DNA of 45,814 bases, taken from Planctomycetaceae bacterium (lineage in GTDB: Bacteria; Planctomycetota; Planctomycetia; Planctomycetales; Planctomycetaceae). The notes under the pieces are model-generated. The model was not told where the DNA came from and did no database searches. It saw nothing but the letters and a program-made list of their open reading frames with translations. Position 1 is the first letter of the stretch, and the number at the start of each line of letters is the position of its first letter. Both the position numbers and the translations under genes were made by a program. The stretch covers positions 1 to 45,814 of the forward strand of contig JANNSB010000507.1 in assembly GCA_031402175.1 (NCBI GenBank), given 5' to 3'. Of the stretch, positions 1 through 9,080 are shown one piece after another.

Positions 1-1
1 C

Positions 2-22
2 CCGCGTCTCTCCGAGACGCGG
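2..22 (-). terminator. GC-rich stem-loop downstream of the alkA-like gene (possible terminator or hairpin repeat)
   Basis: Perfect 9-bp stem CCGCGTCTC (2-10) / GAGACGCGG (14-22) with a 3-nt loop. It lies ~90 nt past the minus-strand stop at 112. No T-tract. It shares the GCGTCT..AGACGC core with the hairpin at 33254-33275. Confidence 0.3.
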
Positions 23-111
23 AGATCGACGGGAACGATGCGCTGACTGCACCGACTCAACAAAGAGACGGCGTCGCCCCTTTCGTTCCCGGCGGCTGGG
101 GACAGCCGCCG

Positions 112-735
112 CTACTTGCGCGAGCGTTCCAGGCTTCTCCAGCAGTACCAGCTCGCAATCGTCGCGTAGGGGCTCCACGCGGAGGCGATTTCGCAACTGG
201 TCTGCTTGTCGGGAAGTTCATTGAGGCCGTAGTGGTCGCGGATTGCGATCCGAACTCCCAGGTCGTCATGCGGAAAGACGTCGAGCCTGCCCAGAGAGAA
301 GATGAGAAACATCTGGGCCGTCCAGCGCCCGATGCCTTTCACCTGAATCAACTGCTCGATGACATCTTCGTCGGCGCGCCTGCCGATCGTGCGCAACTGG
401 ATGGTTCCGTCAACGGCTTTCTGTGCCAAGTCGTGCATGTAGGCCGCTTTCTGCGGCGAGAGTCCCACCGCTCGCAATTCTTCAATCTCGAATGCCAGCA
501 GGCTTTCGGGTGTGATGGCGTTCGGGGCGACAAGCTCCACGAGCCGCTGGCGAATCGAGCGGGCGGCGGATGTCGAAATCTGCTGCGAGATAATCGATCG
601 CACCAGCATTCCGAAACGATCGCGATGCGGCCGGAGGCTGCAGGGACCGACTTCGTCGATCATGTCGCGCATGACCGGATCACTCCGCCTGAGGTGGCGA
701 CGGGCGGTGCGGAGAGTGATTTCGTCGATACGCAT
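112..735 (-). CDS. alkA: DNA-3-methyladenine glycosylase II, HhH-GPD superfamily (AlkA-like)
   Basis: 207-aa ORF with ATG at 733-735. Helix-hairpin-helix LIQVKGIGRWTAQMFLIF is followed by the catalytic-Asp region FPHDDLGVR. The overall layout is typical of the AlkA/HhH-GPD family. Confidence 0.88.
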   Translation of the reverse strand: MRIDEITLRTARRHLRRSDPVMRDMIDEVGPCSLRPHRDRFGMLVRSIISQQISTSAARSIRQRLVELVAPNAITPESLLAFEIEELRAVGLSPQKAAYMHDLAQKAVDGTIQLRTIGRRADEDVIEQLIQVKGIGRWTAQMFLIFSLGRLDVFPHDDLGVRIAIRDHYGLNELPDKQTSCEIASAWSPYATIASWYCWRSLERSRK

Positions 736-757
736 GCGGAGAGCCGAGGCAACATTG

Positions 758-793
758 CTCCCTCCCCTTCCAAGGGGAGGGCCAGGGTGGGGG
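758..793 (+). repeat. C/G-tract hairpin motif (CCCTCCCC-TTCCAA-GGGGAGGG followed by GCCAGGGTGGGGG)
   Basis: Perfect 8-bp stem at 760-767/774-781. An inverted, related copy lies at 840-877. Both sit in the 147-bp spacer between the alkA-like start and the stop of the giant gene. Confidence 0.45.
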
Positions 794-839
794 CATTCTG
801 AGTGAAAGACTGCGTTCTACAACGATCTGTTCGTTGATC

Positions 840-877
840 GGCCCCCCTCTCAATCCCCTCGTGGACGGGGGGAGGCC
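840..877 (-). repeat. Inverted second copy of the C/G-tract motif
   Basis: The reverse complement CCTCCCCCCGTCCACGAGGGGATTGAGAGGGGGGCC aligns block by block with 758-793 (CTCCC..CCCC / TCCA / GGGGA / AG.G.GGGGG). Confidence 0.4.
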
Positions 878-882
878 AGAAC

Positions 883-3800
883 TCACTCCGTCGGAATGCG
901 ATTCATCGTGTAGTACCCGACGTTGGGAAAGAGCGCTTCGCCGTCGACATTGCGCACGCCGGCACAACTCAAGTCGTACACGAATCCAGGCTTCAACGGA
1001 GAACAGGTGATGCGGACGGTCGTGCGATCTTCAGAGAGGGTGAGATCTGAAATCACGGGAGCATAGCGACCGGAATCTTCGGTCGCGTAAGTTCCTTCCC
1101 AGATGCGCGTGTAGCCCGACAGCGAATAGTTCTCGGTGTCTATGGCCGTCGAGCGATCGACAGACGAGATGAACTCCATCTCGAAGCCATCCGCGGTAGC
1201 GCGAATCTCGCGGATGCCATTCGTAGCCGATGCAGCCGATGGCGTGAAGCGAATCACTTGCCCCTGATTGAGGCCCCCCAGCCAGCCGCTGTCCTGCAAT
1301 GTGCCGATGTAGATCGAGCCGTCGTCCGCCGCCATGCCGCAGATGGGGCCGAGCAGGCCGGTCGCGTTGTCGGCCCATGTCGCACGGCTGAACTCGTAGC
1401 ACGCCCCCTGAAGTTGACCATCCACTTCCTGCAGCGACATCCGCACGAGGAAGTTCATGTTGTACTCGCAGCCGATGGCGTGGCCGGCGAAGGGATGGTC
1501 GCTCCACGCTCCCTCGGTCGGCAGGAAGAAGAGGCCGTTCACGCTGCGGGTCCACGGATGCGGAATCTGCACGGCGGCCGGCGTCACGGCGTCATCCCGC
1601 GGCGCGTCATCCTTGGCCGGCACGCCGTACCGAGCGCCGGGAACGATGTGATTGAGTTCATTGAAGGTGTTCTGGACTCCCTGCTGGTCGGTCACGAAGA
1701 GGCGGTCTTCGCTGTCGAACGCGAGTCCGACGGGATAGCGCAACTCTTGCGCGATCGGCGTGATTTCGCCCTCCGCATCGACCTGCAGAATCTCGCCGCG
1801 CCATTGCCTGACATCGTCCCCACGATTCTCCTGGGCATAGTCGCTGCCTAAGCCGAGGTAGAGTCGCCCGTCGCGATCCCGCACCGGCCCTGTCACCCAG
1901 TCGTGATAATCGTGCGTAAAGCCCCAGCCGTCGGCCACCACCTCGCGCCGATCGCAGCGGCCGTCGCCATCGGTGTCGGTGAGCCGCAGGAGTTCCGCCT
2001 TGTGCGTAACTAGCAACGATTCCCCATCAGGCAGCGCTCCGAAGGGTGCCGAGAGCCCTTCCTCGAACAACGTGACAGAATCTTCGACGGCGTCACCATC
2101 AGTGTCGCGGGCTAAATAGACATGTCCCTTGAGCGACGTGATAACCAGCGCGTCATTCCACCTCGCCAAGGCTGTCGGCATGAGCGACACCTGCAACGGC
2201 AGCCGTTGGCCAATGTAGCCGGGCAGCGTTTGCACCGGTTCGCCCGTCACGACGATCGGCTCGATGGCAGGAGGCGTCAATCGCGGCGTGTCGAGTCGTG
2301 CGCTGTAGAGTGTGATGCTTTCAACATGTTTATCATCCCCTTGACTGAGCCAGTCGCGCAGGTCGGGCGCGTGAATTTCGCCGAGCAGCGGTTGCGGCAA
2401 GCCGGTTTGCCACACCGGTGCCCAGTCCGATCGCAGGTTCTTCAGCGTGACAATACGCCCAATGCCCTGCAGTCCCGGATCTTGCTGCACCCAGAACGGC
2501 TCCCATCGCTGTGTCATCTCGATCGTGCGAACTTCGTCAGGCAGATCGAATACTAGCTCGCAGTGAAACGTGACAGCCTGGCCCTCTGTCACATAATCAA
2601 TCAGCCTGCCTCGTCGGCCTCCTTCCAGTCGCGGCAATACGGTCTGGTTTAACTCGTTATTGAATAGGCCGATCTCGCAGGCATCGACGAACCCGCTCGC
2701 CATCGGCGTGCCGGCGAGATCCCAAAACCAGCTTTTCCCCTCGGCCCGCTCTCGGGCGAAGTCTCCCCATGTCCACCCGCGAACGGCCAGTTCATCAAGG
2801 TCGTACAGCAGCGAATGCCCATTGCCGAACCCGACGGCGAAGCTGCGGGGGACGTACCCGCCGCCATTGGCTTCGGCCACAGTGAAGACATCGCGCACGA
2901 CGATCGGAGCGCCGCCCGTTTGCACGGCCAGCAATTGTTCCACGGATGCAGGATTCGTCGGAGCCTCGAAGTCTGGGTTCTGGAGCGCCTGCCACAGCGC
3001 CGCCATCTGTGCATCGAGTGAATCATCAAGCACACCCGCCACAGGTCGCTGATACGAAGGCATCTCCATGCCGGGAATGATTCGCAGTGGCGATCGGCAC
3101 CAGCGGAGGAAAAACTCAGGCCGCATACGTTCACTCATGCCGACCAGATCGGAACCGCGCGTGCCGAGCGCGACGTTTTTGGGGCGATAGTCCCCAACCT
3201 GATGACAGGCGATGCAACTCCAGCCTCCCGCGCCGACGAGCGATCGGCCCAGGAGTTCGCGTTCTTCCGGCGATTGATCCCCTGATGTCTCAGCCAACTG
3301 TAGCGACAGAGGCGCACCGGCGGGGATGCGATCGCGGGCAATGAGATAGCTGCTTAGTGCCGTGAGTCCGTCATCCGAGTGATCGAATCGCGGCATGCGG
3401 ACCGAAAGCCATGGCAGCCTGCGATCTTCCAGACGACCGTTGAGAGCGCGATCGAAGATCTCATCCGGGAGCTTGTCGCCGATGGCCGTGAGGTTCGGCG
3501 GAACCAAGTCCTGGCTGCGGCCATGAAGACTTTCCACATGCTGGCTGATCCGTCCCGCCCATGTCGAGACGCCGCGCGAGTCGTCGCGATCGTGACAGCT
3601 CTGGCAATTGCGGGTCGCGAGCAAACGCTGGCCCTGAGCGAATTGTGACAACGGGCTCGAAGCGCCTGTCAGCGAATCGGCGAACGACTGAATCGCAATC
3701 CGGTCGGCTTCGCTGAAGTGCTGCGAGAAGTCGGGACGCCGATGCGTGGGAGCGGCTGCGGCGTCAAGATTCACATCGGCCTCAGCGAGCGGCGTGAGGC

Positions 3801-5106
3801 AGCCGTGGTTCCAGTCGATCGCGCCGTCGCGGAGCGTGGGAATGCCTTCCCATTCCGGTTGCTGAGCGGGAATGTTGTGGCAGTTGACACAGCGCAGGGC
3901 ATGCGACAATTCGCGTCCCTGCTCGACGAGGTCGCGATCGGGCAGCGGCCTTAAATCGCTGCCTTCGAATTGCAGGTCCGACGTGTCGACCCTTGAGACA
4001 AGATACTCGACAATTCTCCCGCGCTCGGTCGGCGTCATCTGAATCACTGGCATCGCGGCCTGCGGGTTGAGTCGCGTCGGCTGCTGCAGCCAGGTCGCCA
4101 GATACTCGGGTGAACGCTTGCGGCCGATGTGCGTCAGGTCGCCACCGTCCCAGGGGTCTGCATGACCGATGTCGTTGACCTGATGACAGGCGAGGCATCC
4201 GATGGAATGAAACAACTCCTCGCCGCTGGGAACGTCTTCCCGGTTCGGCTGAGTGTCGGGCACGGGGACGGTATTCGTCGGCTGCGACATGTGCCACAGC
4301 CAGGCGGTAAGGGCCGCGATCTCGTCGTCGCTCAGGTGGAAGTCAGGCATTCTGCCTTGGGATGGCGCGGGTTGTTCTTCATCGGCAGTCGAATGATCGC
4401 GGAGCTTCTCCTCGAACCAACTCAGTTCGACTCCTGTCGTCACATGAAACAGGGGAGGAGCCTCGCGGGCGGTGATGTCTTCCACGCCGCGATGACAACG
4501 CTCGCAGCGATGCGACTCGAAGAGGTCGCGTCCGCGTTCGTAGCTCTGCAGATCGGGACGCGACTCGGGCAGGAAGAGCTGATGATGCGGCAATGGCTCC
4601 AGCGGGAATGAATCGCCGGACCAGAAGATGGCGCAGCGCCCGCCCTCGGCTGGAGACGTGTATTGGATGACAATCTCGCGAAAGCCGAATGACAGCGGGA
4701 TCTTGATGGTACTGGCCCAGACGATTTCGGCGCGCGATTCGTCGAGGACGTTCACTCCATCGATCGAGATCTCCACATGTCCGGCGAAATGGGCATGCAG
4801 TTGGTATTGCTCTTCCGCGCGAATCAGGAGTTGAGTGCGCCACTGAAGCTGCGTGGGGCCGACGGGCAGCCGTTCGTCAACTGTGCCGCCGGACCATTCG
4901 ATTGCGGGGCTGGCTTCGATGCGCTCGATCGAGAGTCCACCCGACGTGTAGGTCGCGAGTACGCCGGGCGCGAACTCTTCATCGAAGGCGTCGTCCGCTC
5001 GACTGACGGTGGTGGCGCTGAGCACCAGGGTGACGATGAGGTGGCAGCAGCGGGAGGCCGGCATGAGTCCGCGATTCGAAGATGACGGGGCCGTGAAGGA
5101 CGTCAT
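883..5106 (-). CDS. Giant secreted multidomain protein: PA14-like domain + five c-type haem (CxxCH) modules + glucose/sorbosone-dehydrogenase-like beta-propeller + C-terminal Ig-like domain
   Basis: The track ORF is 883..5301. I place the start at ATG 5104-5106 (MTSFTAPSS...HLIVTLVLSATTVSRADD, signal-peptide-like; alternative ATG at 5064), because the upstream 65 codons run through intergenic repeat A. PA14-like segment: GVLATYTSGG...VIQYTSP...AIFWSGD. Haem motifs: CERCH, CLACH, CVNCH, CQSCH, CIACH, followed by the ...IG.K....L..WL..P....MP pattern typical of Pirellula/Verrucomicrobium-type haem domains. C-terminal propeller motifs: RYPVGLAFDSEDRLFVTDQQG and DTDGDG loops. Confidence 0.85.
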   Translation of the reverse strand: MTSFTAPSSSNRGLMPASRCCHLIVTLVLSATTVSRADDAFDEEFAPGVLATYTSGGLSIERIEASPAIEWSGGTVDERLPVGPTQLQWRTQLLIRAEEQYQLHAHFAGHVEISIDGVNVLDESRAEIVWASTIKIPLSFGFREIVIQYTSPAEGGRCAIFWSGDSFPLEPLPHHQLFLPESRPDLQSYERGRDLFESHRCERCHRGVEDITAREAPPLFHVTTGVELSWFEEKLRDHSTADEEQPAPSQGRMPDFHLSDDEIAALTAWLWHMSQPTNTVPVPDTQPNREDVPSGEELFHSIGCLACHQVNDIGHADPWDGGDLTHIGRKRSPEYLATWLQQPTRLNPQAAMPVIQMTPTERGRIVEYLVSRVDTSDLQFEGSDLRPLPDRDLVEQGRELSHALRCVNCHNIPAQQPEWEGIPTLRDGAIDWNHGCLTPLAEADVNLDAAAAPTHRRPDFSQHFSEADRIAIQSFADSLTGASSPLSQFAQGQRLLATRNCQSCHDRDDSRGVSTWAGRISQHVESLHGRSQDLVPPNLTAIGDKLPDEIFDRALNGRLEDRRLPWLSVRMPRFDHSDDGLTALSSYLIARDRIPAGAPLSLQLAETSGDQSPEERELLGRSLVGAGGWSCIACHQVGDYRPKNVALGTRGSDLVGMSERMRPEFFLRWCRSPLRIIPGMEMPSYQRPVAGVLDDSLDAQMAALWQALQNPDFEAPTNPASVEQLLAVQTGGAPIVVRDVFTVAEANGGGYVPRSFAVGFGNGHSLLYDLDELAVRGWTWGDFARERAEGKSWFWDLAGTPMASGFVDACEIGLFNNELNQTVLPRLEGGRRGRLIDYVTEGQAVTFHCELVFDLPDEVRTIEMTQRWEPFWVQQDPGLQGIGRIVTLKNLRSDWAPVWQTGLPQPLLGEIHAPDLRDWLSQGDDKHVESITLYSARLDTPRLTPPAIEPIVVTGEPVQTLPGYIGQRLPLQVSLMPTALARWNDALVITSLKGHVYLARDTDGDAVEDSVTLFEEGLSAPFGALPDGESLLVTHKAELLRLTDTDGDGRCDRREVVADGWGFTHDYHDWVTGPVRDRDGRLYLGLGSDYAQENRGDDVRQWRGEILQVDAEGEITPIAQELRYPVGLAFDSEDRLFVTDQQGVQNTFNELNHIVPGARYGVPAKDDAPRDDAVTPAAVQIPHPWTRSVNGLFFLPTEGAWSDHPFAGHAIGCEYNMNFLVRMSLQEVDGQLQGACYEFSRATWADNATGLLGPICGMAADDGSIYIGTLQDSGWLGGLNQGQVIRFTPSAASATNGIREIRATADGFEMEFISSVDRSTAIDTENYSLSGYTRIWEGTYATEDSGRYAPVISDLTLSEDRTTVRITCSPLKPGFVYDLSCAGVRNVDGEALFPNVGYYTMNRIPTE

Positions 5107-5172
5107 CGTAGCAGTGGTCCAAAGCAGTCGCGAATCAACGTGGCTCAGCGACTGTTCGCGTTCTGAAGAATG

Positions 5173-5270
5173 GACCGCTGATTGGGCGGATGACGCGGGT
5201 CTTCGCGGATCTGAACCTAATGAGCAACTCTGATCAGCGGTAACCCGCCAAATCCGCGCCATCCGCGGTC
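5173..5270 (-). repeat. Palindromic intergenic repeat, copy A (inverted relative to copies B-D)
   Basis: GACCGCTGATTGGGCGGATGACGCGGGTCTTCGCGGATCTGA - 16-nt spacer - TGATCAGCGGTAACCCGCCAAATCCGCGCCATCCGCGGTC. Its reverse complement aligns along its whole length with copy C (30221-30322). Confidence 0.85.
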
Positions 5271-5383
5271 TCTTCCAGCGACACGACGGACGACAGTTCA
5301 AGGTCGCGTCCCGCGAGCAGCGATTGAACTCGAAGAATCAAGTGCTTACACCCGTCGCTGACGCTTCCGGCTCGGACGGCGTG

Positions 5384-7783
5384 TCACTGAAACAGCGCGT
5401 AGATCACGATGTTCACCGCGATGCGGGCGGCGTCGGCGCTTTCGTAGCCGGCGCAGGCGGACGTGGCCTGCTGCTCCAGGGCGCAGCTCAGGTCGTACTT
5501 GCTGTAGACGATCGCGTAGCGACCGTCGACCTCGACTCCTTCGAGGATCGGCTCGCCGACCGACTCTTCCACGGTGATCGCCGACTGGGCATCCTCCGAG
5601 GGAATTCGCCTGTGCACCTGCCGAATGTCGTGACCGACGGGATGATTGTAGATCTCGTGGTCGATCGGAATCCGCGTGAGCGGCTGCTCCAACAGCAACT
5701 GCACCATCTCGCGAAAGCTCTCGTCGAACTGCGGCGCGCCGCAGCAGGCGTCGGCGACGAGCACGCCGCCATTCTGCAGGTACTCGCGCAGCTTCTGGAG
5801 TTCTTCCTCGGTCAACTGATAGTTCTTGCGGCCATGCATGTAGAGGATCGGATAGTCGAACAACTCGGGGTCGGTGGCCGGTATTGTCGGCGCCTCGACC
5901 GAAGGCTGCAGTCCCAGCGTCGTCTGCAGGGCCAAAAGCAGATGTCTGTGCGCGTTGGGGGCGGCGTCCCAGCCTCCCGTGTGACGCAGCCTCGCGATCG
6001 CCAGGCGGCCCTGCGCGATGTGATTCTCGTCGAGTTGGCCGAGGATCCCCGGCGTCTCGAGGCGATCGTGCAGTTCGCGTCCCGTGGCATACGCAATGAC
6101 GTTTACCGCCAGCATCAGTGAAAGTTGAATCGATGTCCTCACGTCCTGATGCCGGTTCTGTGGATCGACGTAGAGCCACTTGTTCCAGCGGCAGCCATGC
6201 GGGTCGAGGGCCAGCACGATGGCCGTCCGGCAGCCGAAGTCGACGCCATACAGTTCGGGCGGCGATTCGCCAAAAACATACTCGCTGCGATAGATATCGT
6301 GCGTCGGCGGCAGCTTGCGCAGGACGTACTCGCCGTCAGGAAACATGTGTTCGACTAGCGTCTCGAACTGGTCGTAGAACGTCTGATTGGTGTCATCGCA
6401 ACTGGCGACCGCAAACAGAAACGCCCCCTGTTGAATCGCATCGGTGAGCAGCTTGACCTGCTCGGGGCTGTTGTAGATGTAGCTCAAGTCATCGCTGCCA
6501 GAGAGATACAGCACTGGAGCCTGCAGGGCTTCATTGAGCCCATCGCGTTGTGAAGCGGCTGTCTCGAGATCGAGTGTTTGCCAGTTGAGAGTGCTGGGCC
6601 ATTTGTCGCGAGTGGTGATGAACTCGGTCAGGTTGGCCGCGTCTCGGGCATGGATGTTCCATACGTTTTCATCCACCTCGCGGGACAAACGATCCCGCGG
6701 ACCAAACTCAATCTTGTTGAGCAGGACCGGGGCGATGCCCTTGGAGAGGAACAGCAGGGCCAGGCTGGTGCCGATGACGGGATCATTTTCCGAATCGGAC
6801 GCCCATGAGCCATCGCGCTGATTCTGGCCTTGAACCAGGAAGTCCGCGCCCTCCCGATACCAGTCGTGGCCATCGAAGTATCTGGTGCCCGTGAAACGTC
6901 CTGCCCGCTCTAAGCCATACAGGTAATAGAGCAGCCAGTTGTGTTCACCGGGATTGGCTCGCACACTGAAATGCCGCCCGATCCAGCGAATGCCGGCATC
7001 AATGCGTTGCTCCCCCTCCGTGGGTTCCAGACCTTGGCAACAAAGTATCTCACCATCCACTGTATCGCGGCGATCATCATGCAACAGTTCCTCGAGGACT
7101 GTGAGGGATGCGATGCCCGCGACCGTCATGCTGCCCGATACGTTTCCTCCGATCTCGCCTCGATAATTCCAGCCGGCTCCATCCTGTCCTTCCATTCGGC
7201 CAATCTGCGAACCGAGCCAATGCTGCCGGGCGCGTTCCAGTACATCAGGCCTGATGAAACTGCCCGAATGGGCGGCTTCGCGCAGCCCGAGAATGGCGAA
7301 CTGCGTATTGCTGTTGTCCCACCAGACGCCGCCGCCGCCCGAGTAACCCCACGCCCCGGCATCACCCGAGACGACCTGCGAGTCCTCCAGCAGATCGGCC
7401 AGCGCACCGATTCTATTGGCGTCGAGGGAATCCCTGGCCGCCGCCAGCGCCATGATCATCATCGAGATGTCATAGGTCTGATCCGGTAGAGGTTGGCCGC
7501 GCAGCCAGCGGAGGCCGTCGGCCACGGGGGGATCGTCGACCGTCATGCCCGAGTTCATCAAGGCGAGCAATGCCAGGGAATGGACTCCCACCGGATGAGC
7601 GCCCAGATTTGGGCTGGCCCAGCCGCCAGAGCGATCCTGATTCTCGATGAGAAACTCTTGAGCATGCTCGATGGCCGCGAGAACTTGTTCGCGGCGAAGG
7701 TCATCCTGGGCGAAGGCGCGGCCTGCCGTCAGCAGTAGGGCGAGCAATGAAGCGAGCAGTATTCTGGGAGCGCGATGCGGCAT
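5384..7783 (-). CDS. Secreted prenyltransferase/squalene-oxidase-repeat protein with DUF4159-type C-terminal domains
   Basis: The track ORF begins at TTG 7804. I prefer ATG 7781-7783 (MPHRAPRILLASLLALLLTAGRAFAQDD, a signal peptide). N-terminal terpenoid-cyclase-like repeats: NQDRSGGWAS, SGDAGAWGYSGGGG, GQDGAGWNYRG, QNQRDGSWAS. DUF4159-like C-terminus: YPILYMHGRKNYQLTEEELQKLREYLQNGGVLVADACCG...EGVEVDGRYAIVYSKYDLSCALE. Confidence 0.8.
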   Translation of the reverse strand: MPHRAPRILLASLLALLLTAGRAFAQDDLRREQVLAAIEHAQEFLIENQDRSGGWASPNLGAHPVGVHSLALLALMNSGMTVDDPPVADGLRWLRGQPLPDQTYDISMMIMALAAARDSLDANRIGALADLLEDSQVVSGDAGAWGYSGGGGVWWDNSNTQFAILGLREAAHSGSFIRPDVLERARQHWLGSQIGRMEGQDGAGWNYRGEIGGNVSGSMTVAGIASLTVLEELLHDDRRDTVDGEILCCQGLEPTEGEQRIDAGIRWIGRHFSVRANPGEHNWLLYYLYGLERAGRFTGTRYFDGHDWYREGADFLVQGQNQRDGSWASDSENDPVIGTSLALLFLSKGIAPVLLNKIEFGPRDRLSREVDENVWNIHARDAANLTEFITTRDKWPSTLNWQTLDLETAASQRDGLNEALQAPVLYLSGSDDLSYIYNSPEQVKLLTDAIQQGAFLFAVASCDDTNQTFYDQFETLVEHMFPDGEYVLRKLPPTHDIYRSEYVFGESPPELYGVDFGCRTAIVLALDPHGCRWNKWLYVDPQNRHQDVRTSIQLSLMLAVNVIAYATGRELHDRLETPGILGQLDENHIAQGRLAIARLRHTGGWDAAPNAHRHLLLALQTTLGLQPSVEAPTIPATDPELFDYPILYMHGRKNYQLTEEELQKLREYLQNGGVLVADACCGAPQFDESFREMVQLLLEQPLTRIPIDHEIYNHPVGHDIRQVHRRIPSEDAQSAITVEESVGEPILEGVEVDGRYAIVYSKYDLSCALEQQATSACAGYESADAARIAVNIVIYALFQ

Positions 7784-7880
7784 GAATCCCTCCTCCCGTG
7801 GCAAGTGGCTGGTCCGTTCATTCTACCCGAAGGGAGAGAGACGTGCACACTGGAATTCGGGAGCCCGACTGCCACGCCTG

Positions 7881-8693
7881 TTACTTGAACTCCAGATCAT
7901 CGGGATACGGCAGATCGTCGAGATTGCCGATGCCGAAGAGCTGCAGAAATCTGGGAGTAGTGATGTAGGCGACGTGTTTGGCGTCGGTATCGAGGCGTTG
8001 CACGGCGACGAGTTCCCGCCGGAGAAGTTGACGCAACAGGGCGAGTGCGTTCTTGCGATCGATCAGCCTGAGATCCTGATCGGAGAGGGGTTGGCGGTAG
8101 GCGACGAGGGCCAGTATCTCCAACGCCTCCTGTGACAGGCGGACCTCCTTGGGTGAGAGTCCGTATACCCGGCGGCGAACCGGCTCGAATTCCGATCGCA
8201 GCTCCAGTCGATAGCCTCCCTGATGAAAACCCACGACATAGGGCCGGCATTCTTGTTCGTAACGCGCATTGAGCTGCTGCACCAGTGGCTCGACGGCGTC
8301 GGGATCACGCAAATTGAGTACTTCCGCCAGTTTGCGGGTCGTCAACGATGCTCCGCCGACGAACAGCAGGGCTTCGAGGACCGATTGCTGCGTGATTCCG
8401 GCGTTCGACGATGGGGCCGCTGCAGTTGCTTCTGGATTCAATGCAGGTGCTGTCGAGGCAGGCGTTGCCTCCGGTGACAAGTCATCGTGGGATAACTCAA
8501 CTGTCTCGCTCAGCGGCGAATCGAGAGCAGCCTCGGCGACATCGCTGGCTTCGAGCGCCCGCAGGTAGGCGGCCTCCAGTTCCGCGAGCGACACGTCAGG
8601 TTCATCGCCCGGCAGACCTTGATCGAGCGGTTCGATAGGCAAGGGATCTGGCGCGCGAACTCGAAAGGGTGGTTCCGTCCTCGACTCTGACAC
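7881..8693 (-). CDS. scpB: Segregation and condensation protein B (SMC-ScpAB kleisin-associated subunit)
   Basis: The C-terminal ~170 aa match the ScpB pattern: VLEALLFVGGASLTTRKLAEVL, GGYRLELRSEF, LSQEALEILALVAYRQPLSDQDL, LLRQLLRRELV, YITTPRFLQLFGI. The GTG start at 8693 is uncertain. The N-terminal ~95 aa are acidic and low-complexity. Confidence 0.85.
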   Translation of the reverse strand: MSESRTEPPFRVRAPDPLPIEPLDQGLPGDEPDVSLAELEAAYLRALEASDVAEAALDSPLSETVELSHDDLSPEATPASTAPALNPEATAAAPSSNAGITQQSVLEALLFVGGASLTTRKLAEVLNLRDPDAVEPLVQQLNARYEQECRPYVVGFHQGGYRLELRSEFEPVRRRVYGLSPKEVRLSQEALEILALVAYRQPLSDQDLRLIDRKNALALLRQLLRRELVAVQRLDTDAKHVAYITTPRFLQLFGIGNLDDLPYPDDLEFK

Positions 8694-8850
8694 CGCTGCT
8701 CTCCCTGGCGCTTCATTGTCGCCGATGCCGAACGGGAGGATTCTGCGTCAAATGGGAAGTCGGCGTCCAGACCGGATTGGCCGAGAGGTCCAGCGTCTCC
8801 CAAGAGCGGAACTCGTAATGATGTCGCGTCGCGCGCGATTGCGGGAAATG

Positions 8851-8962
8851 GACTGCGGATGAAACGGATTACGCGGATTTCCGCAGATCTGAGATTCCCC
8901 TCCACATCATTCGCTCAATTTCAGATCCGCGAAAACCCGCGTCATCCGCCAAATCCGCGGTC
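8851..8962 (+). repeat. Palindromic intergenic repeat, copy B
   Basis: GACTGCGGATGAAACGGATTACGCGGATTTCCGCAGATCTGA - spacer - CAGATCCGCGAAAACCCGCGTCATCCGCCAAATCCGCGGTC. The right arm differs at 3 or fewer positions from copies A (reverse complement), C and D. Confidence 0.85.
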
Positions 8963-9010
8963 TTACTTCTGGGTTGGACAATTAACACTAGAGCGATTTG
9001 GGCTGCGCTC

Positions 9011-9054
9011 TGAAAATACAACAGGCCGGACCCAATACACTTGGGTCCGGCCTG
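9011..9054 (-). terminator. Intrinsic terminator of the thioredoxin-YHS gene
   Basis: 14-bp perfect stem (9022-9035 / 9041-9054, CAGGCCGGACCCAA / TTGGGTCCGGCCTG) with a 5-nt loop. On the minus strand it is followed by TTGTATTTTCA, starting 27 nt after the stop at 9081. Confidence 0.7.
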
Positions 9055-9080
9055 GTTGTAAGAATTATCAACCGCAGCAA

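Noticed and set aside
5107-5301. N-terminal 65 codons of the longest ORF of the giant gene
   Set aside because: They run through palindromic repeat copy A and are R/S/P-rich. A signal-peptide-bearing ATG start exists at 5106.
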